64,000 nt of DNA from Botryllus schlosseri (lineage: Eukaryota): contig CM119372.1 of assembly GCA_051294905.1 (NCBI GenBank), positions 17,238,001 through 17,302,000 of the forward strand. The letters run 5' to 3'. The position numbers and the translations under genes were made by a program. How positions within the stretch are numbered: the first letter of the stretch is position 1; the number at the start of each line of letters is the position of its first letter. The notes under the pieces were generated by a model. The model was not told the DNA's origin and searched no databases. It saw nothing but the letters and a program-made list of their open reading frames with translations. Positions 57,495 to 64,000 of this stretch are shown one piece after another.

Positions 57495-57763
57495 TACTAA
57501 TGTTATGATTTCTATAATTGAAGTTTGCAAAATAGCAACAACTTCACACCCTCAAAATGGCCACGAAGTGATAAAACGTGAACTCCCCCGTAGAGGTTTT
57601 ATTCTTTTGTCTAATTTCAGGGTACATGACCCCATGCTCATGTGCACCTTTGCTCTTATGCCCCCATGCCCACGTGTCCATATGCGCATGTGTGCCCATG
57701 CTCTTGTGTACCCATGCTCATGTGTCGTCAGTAGTTATATAGATCTCTCGTGATGCGCCATTG

Positions 57764-58062
57764 TCTCTTATGGGCGGGGTGGCATGCTAACGAGAAACCG
57801 GGGGTGGCATGCTAACGTTTTCGTCTTATGGCGGGGGTGGCATGCTAACGTTTTCGTCTTATGGTGGGGGTGGCATGCTAACGTTTTCGTCTTATGGCGG
57901 GGGTGTCATGCTAACGTTTTCGTCTTATGGGTGCGGTCGCATGATAACGCGAAACTCGTGGTGACATGCTAACGTTTTCGTCTTATGGGTGCAGTCGCAT
58001 GATAACGCGAAACTCGTGGTGACATGCTAATGTTTTTGGTATACGTGCGGCGACATGCTAAC
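57764..58062. repeat. Minisatellite, 33-bp unit grading into a longer variant unit
   Basis: Repeated ggcatgctaacgttttcgtcttatggcgggggt; explains spurious ORF 57784-57972 (WHANVFVLWRG x4). Confidence 0.9.
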
Positions 58063-61000
58063 GACGATAAATGTGTCTGTCGTGTATTCTTACGGTATCT
58101 GTGGTGATTCACCATGTGTTCTTATGGGTGCGGTCGTGATTCGCACTTTCAGACATCTCTCACGCGGTGTTGAATATGTACGAGTCGCCAACAATAACCG
58201 CACAAACGGAAACGTGGCTTGTTGTGAGGATTAAGCAGTGCGACCTATATTCCGAATGACCTGCGTGTGGAATTGTTTCACGGCCAGCCGCGTGCTACTA
58301 TCGATTACACTAATCCAGTCAGCGCTATTACATTCAGGAGTATTCAGTATTCAGCAGCGACACGAAAAGCAACCAACAAATAACCGCGCTCGTAAATTAA
58401 CACTTCAAAAAGTGTAAAATAGATTGCAAATCCCGCGATCGCTAACAAGATAATGTCTCGGGTATAACCATTTTTAGTGACTTGGTGTTAAAGACATACC
58501 GATCGCTCACAAGGTAATATTTCGGTAATTAGTTTGTCACAGAGCCGTCGCAGACGGTGATTCGAAAACCAACAATTTGACACTTTCTGGTGGTCGCTAT
58601 ATGTTTTGACACTTCGAACAGCGGCTGACTTTAGTTGCACGATAAGAATTATGAGAATATTCAATCAATGTATCAATTTGTCAACTCGAAATGAAATTCA
58701 CTACACAAACCGAGTTGATTCGTATTTGAATGTGTTAATTCGGTACAATTCTAATTATTTTGAGAAATCTTTTCGTGATCTTTGGATTCGACCATAACCC
58801 GAATATTACTGACGCCGACTTTCAGCTACATCGAATTATTCGCACATTCCACGCCGCTGTTTTCACACTTATAGAATCAATACCAACTATTATTCTACAA
58901 GAATCAAGAATCACAAGTATGTGCATTATACAGTTATTGTCTTTATCAACATGAAATCAAACTCTTAACAAAAACACGCATCTTATCACTCGTCAACTCT
59001 ATCATGAAAACCCTCGAACCCGTATTATTAAGAATGTTATAGTACGGTATCGGAATCCATTCGCGAGATGTACTAAAGGTAAATCCAAATAATCCAGAAT
59101 GAAATATTTGGACTTGACATAGTGTGAATAGAAATAGGTTTGACAAACATGACTACCAACTTTGATCCAGTCACATTTCAAGATTACACTTTGAAACAAT
59201 CCTTGAAACTTACAACTCTATTCACGACTGAGTTTTCCATTTGTCAAATAGAGTTTCAGTAAATACTATCGCGATATTTTAATGTGTAACTACACACAAT
59301 AGAATCAATCAATGAAATATCGCCCGTTGTTGTAAATATTTCTATCTTGACAACCACTTGTGCATACCGTTATCAAGTTGCGACGCGATGAGTTAAATCG
59401 GAATATTTCAATCTATTTGTCGAAACCTTGAACAAACTATCAGGTTATTTTTTGTTGCAATCGAGTGATTCCCATACACAAAAGAGTAAAATACAAAAAA
59501 CCTTGTCAAGTCAATCCGTTTGTAACTTACCCAACCAAAACAAAAAGTATCCTTACGAAAAGTAGTCAAGACTACGCAAGTAATCACTACAACCAACAAT
59601 CATATCAAGTTCGGTTTTAGGCATATACCACCAACTCGTCTTATTGGAATGTCAGCAACTCTTTACGGTCATAGTTACAACCACATTATCTAATTTACCC
59701 GACCAACTCGTCATGATCATTCCTCAAATCAACACAAACGCGACCACCGACTTGAGTTAACCACAAAACGGCATCAAGTTTTTAATCCACTTGTAGCTGA
59801 CAGATTATTCGAATACATCGATGGAGAATATTATTGAACTCGTCGATATTGTTACTTCAACAAATTATCGCTTACGCCGACTGCGAAAGTTAATATCGAA
59901 TGGTAAGACTTGATCACATATTTGTTGAACACAGACATGACAAAGAACATGATCGGGATTTTATAAACTAGTCATATTACTTTTCACATCTATCAATATC
60001 AGAATACAAGTCATCAAACTTTTTTGTTAAATGTAACATAGCACTTTTGGAATCGGATTCGTTATAGTCGTACAAATTGTATTAAACCCAACATCAAAAC
60101 AAAAGGACTTTTTTAGTTCATTGAAATCAAATCATTCGTCTTCGACTTGTGCTTTTTTAGATTACCCGCAACAATTCGTTTCGAGTGAGTTGTAACCAAA
60201 GTCGGGATATCTTTGTGTCCACAGATATGGAAGATGAATATAGCTAACACAATCACGAATCGACGTTTCAGAGTATTTCACGGATGTAATAAACTTGTTA
60301 GTGTCACCTATCTAAAAGTACGCACGCGTTCGATTTCCATACCGACTGTTGCGATGTTTAGGATTCACTTACAATAACCGCGGGTGAGGATTTTACATCA
60401 ATGTCGTTACTGTCGGAATTCCCAACAGAGAATTGAAACATTACACAGGGTGAAAATATCTCTTTGATATCAAAGCACTACACCAAGTACACGATTAATA
60501 CTCAACTCCGCTCACACTTTCTATATTACATGCTACATGTAAAATATCACGAGGTCGCACTCTAAGACTTTGATCATTACAAAAGTAAATTGGAATATGT
60601 TTGCTAGATGCATTCGAATCAGCTAGAAATGTCTGGTGCACAACAATCGTAATATCGAGGAAGTACTTGCTACACTATAATTCACTAAACGTGTTTTGTA
60701 TTGTTGTTCATTTGTAGTATTGATTGTTTTTGAACCCTCAAATAATAATTCCCGACGTGAAACTAAGCCGCCGAAAGTCGTTACCATCACAAAGAAACAA
60801 TTTACACGATGTTTGCCAAATGTATCCTATAGTTAGGTGAACTGGAATTATTTGTAAAACACACTCTGGTAAAGAAATCGAAAAGATATCCTACACCTAA
60901 ATCTGATAAAACCATTTTGCACTTTGTGTTCGTCAGTAGTATCCATTTGAATTTTTCCATTTCCTCTCGTCAAAGTAGATGTAATCATAGTCGCTAAAGA

Positions 61001-62749
61001 AATTACTTGGATGTGTTTGAATTCTAGACATATTTCTAATTTACTCGACGCAAGACCCAAGAACAACCGTAGTTTACAACCGTGCACACATATCCAAAAT
61101 ATCGCACACTATGCTATTCCTAAAGTACAAACACCCGATACAAAATATTACTTGTTGTGTTGTTGCGGCATCATCTTCACAATATCACCGTCAATACAAA
61201 TGATGTTTATGTGTAACATGCTATTGATTTGAATCACACCCACCTGACGGAGGAGGATTTACTCAATCTTTACAAAATGGATATTGACCAACATCACATC
61301 ATCGGATTGTATCTGTTTTGTTGGATATGAGTTATGTTAGTTTAACAGTAAACAAATTTCACCCTCTTGGATTATGAATTCAATGCGTTAGCGGTCATTC
61401 AATATTTTGTTTGTGTCAACTAGTTACTTTGTATGTTACTCCACAACTCTTACAAAAGTACGAAGGATATTAACATCGCACGAAGTAATTAACTTTACTC
61501 GATATTCTCGCATTACGAAACTAAAGAATGGTTGGGTAGACTCTACAAACTGTTTCGATATCACAAGACCTTTATTGTCTGAATGGGTGTTCATGTATCT
61601 TAATAATCAAATAGTTCAACACAGAACTAGTACTAACAGAAACATGAGAGTTGTTTACACAAAAGTTTGTATATGTGCACAGTATGCGAATACCATGTGT
61701 AAGTCCAGCACAATTGTGGTATCCATCCGAGTTTAGTTAACACAAATTTATTACAACGGAGTCACGTAAACTTTCGTGAAAGAAAAGCATACTCACTCCC
61801 AGAAGGTTATGTCAATGCCATAGCAGTACCCCAACAGCAAAGTACATATGTTTTCTAGTCACGGTCCTTACATCTTTCACATAGATCAATCTACTTTGCT
61901 AACGAAAAGTGCTGAGTCATCACATGATCGCCCTCACAACAAAACAGCTAGTAGATATTATCATTCAAAAAATTCCTAACCCTTTACACACCAGTGACAA
62001 ATCATACAACGAATATGTTTTGTGGGTCGAATTGTTGTTCAGTGTCAAGTCTACCTGTTGAAACGTACATTAAAACAGCGCAATCCAATTAAAACCACGA
62101 ATCTATTTTCATTTCGTCACATACAGAAAAATAAATTTAATTTCCCAAAACATACTTGTAACCAATCGATTTCATTAAACATACAACACCATAATAGCAT
62201 TTACTTTCTACAACATAGACATTCCGGTGTAGTCAAGAAATATTTTTATTAATCAAAATCATCGACTTCTGTTTACGGCGTTAGTGTGTGCATGTCATAT
62301 ATGTGGGATCCGTATTAAAATGGACACGACGCGACTGAATGTAAGGAGATAGAAGTCTATCGCATAGATTTACATGTGGTCTTCGCTACGGTTTCAAAAA
62401 AACTAATCATCTCTTTTGCATTGATCTAGACCGAGCAAGTTAGTTAATGGCCATGATTGTGTTTGTCATATGCGAATGATAGGGTTACTGTCAAATCTAC
62501 ATACAACAATCTTCTGACGATCATAATAGCAATTTCATTTTCCGCCCCTTCATAATTGTACAACTCGGTAACTACGTTTAACAAGACCAATCACACTACC
62601 AGCGTTGAACACAAGATACCTACCCAAGTAAAAATATCATTCTGGTTTGGACAACTGACGTTTACCTGTGTAAAATTATCACTTGGAGGTCCACCGTTAC
62701 CTAACTAAAATACCATTGTCCTTTGGAGATTTATCGTTTACCCAGTGTA

Positions 62750-63145
62750 ACAATCCCCTTTTCACTTGGAAATCTATTTTTGCCCTGGATAACAAACCTT
62801 TTTCATTTGGAAATATATTTTTTCTCTTGGTAACAAACCTTTTTCACTTGGAAATATATTTTTTCTCTGGGTAACAAACCTTTTTCACTTGGAAATATAT
62901 TTTTTCTCTTGGTAATAAACCTTTTTCACTTGGAAATGTATTTTTTTTTCTCTGAGTAACAAACCTTTTTCACTTGGGAATATATTTTTTCTCTGGTTAA
63001 CAAACCTTTTTCACTTGGAAATATATTTTTTCTCTGGGTAACAAACCTTTTTCACTTGGAAATATATTTTTTTCCCTGGGTAACAAACCTTTTTCGCTTG
63101 GAAATATATTTTTCCCTGGGTTACAAACCTTTTTCACTTGGTGAT
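62750..63145. repeat. Minisatellite, about 41-bp unit, about 9 copies
   Basis: Repeated taacaaacctttttcacttggaaatatattttttctctggg (aac starts at 62791, 62832, 62873). Confidence 0.92.
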
Positions 63146-64000
63146 CCGTCGTTTACCTGAGTAAAAATATCATTTTCCTTTGGGGATCTGGCGTTTACCC
63201 AGTGTAACAATACATTTTCTCTTGGTCATCTAGCTTTTCCTAGAGTAACAAAACCATTTTTATTTTGAAATCTGACAACCACACCGACAATTTGATATTT
63301 TTGTATTTTCTTGCAGCGAACAGCGACAAAATATACACCAACAACGACTCCGATACATTTGTGCAATCGCATATTTACTTGTGTTGGTGCATCCCATCAA
63401 AATCATCGGTTACCCACATGCAATGTGCTCTTGTATATCGAAATGTATGTTTGGGAAATTGGACAATAGGTTTCGATAGGTCTGTGATGTCCGGGTTCGT
63501 GCTTTGGATTTTCCAGAGTCAAAATGTCTGAATAAAACACCTCCTCGACGATGGTTGGTATGTGGATAACGGTGTTCGGAAAACGGTTGGATTTATGTCA
63601 CCCATCGCGATAACAATTCCAGGTCGAGTTTTCCCCCGCGCGTTTACTATATTGTGTCTTTATTGGTCAATGTATGTCTCGACATTCAGTTTGAAATCGG
63701 AAACCCTGATAAGTATGTAACCGGATCCGGATATCAACTCTGAATCGATAAACCAATGAACAATATTCAAAGTAAACATGTTACACCCTGTGTTTCCACG
63801 AAAAAATACCATCCAGACATACGTCGCGCTTGTTTGCCCACACCAGTATATGCGTAAATGGAGGTGTGTGACATTGCATGCAATGTGTTGGTATACAAAC
63901 ATCGATCCACAGACATTATCATAGCCGGTAGTTTTGATGTAGATCGAATGTCATCACACCCGATAACAATACCAATAAGCCACATTGCAATGACTCTGAG

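Noticed and set aside
57764..63145. Tandem arrays as CRISPR arrays
   Set aside because: No unique spacers, no cas genes and a eukaryotic context; these are minisatellites.

Overview
Eukaryotic (animal, probably invertebrate deuterostome; organism is inference only) genomic DNA that is intron-rich and TE-dense. (1) A large + strand thioester-protein gene of the alpha-2-macroglobulin/CD109 family, reconstructed by hand from about 27 exons (714 to at least 32450; 5' part outside the window). It has an RKKR processing site, an intact GCGEQ thioester and an unusual C-terminal extension of EGF/cbEGF repeats plus an NTR/C345C-like domain. (2) An intact 446-aa beta-tubulin gene nested antisense in one of its introns. 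(3) A probable decayed LRR-TM-TIR (TLR-like) relic nested antisense in another intron. (4) Two unrelated, very young Penelope-like retroelement insertions, each bounded by a target-site duplication and carrying minimal hammerhead ribozymes: a head-to-head inverted dimer (1100-5630) and a tandem dimer ending in a 41-bp hairpin (52048-57493). (5) Many non-autonomous hAT elements/MITEs, some nested, a tRNA-derived SINE family (4 copies), a LINE endonuclease relic, a degenerate multi-exon gene on the - strand (about 43.6-48.6 kb), two minisatellites and an unexplained decayed intronless block at 58-64 kb. All calls are by eye; no database search was run.
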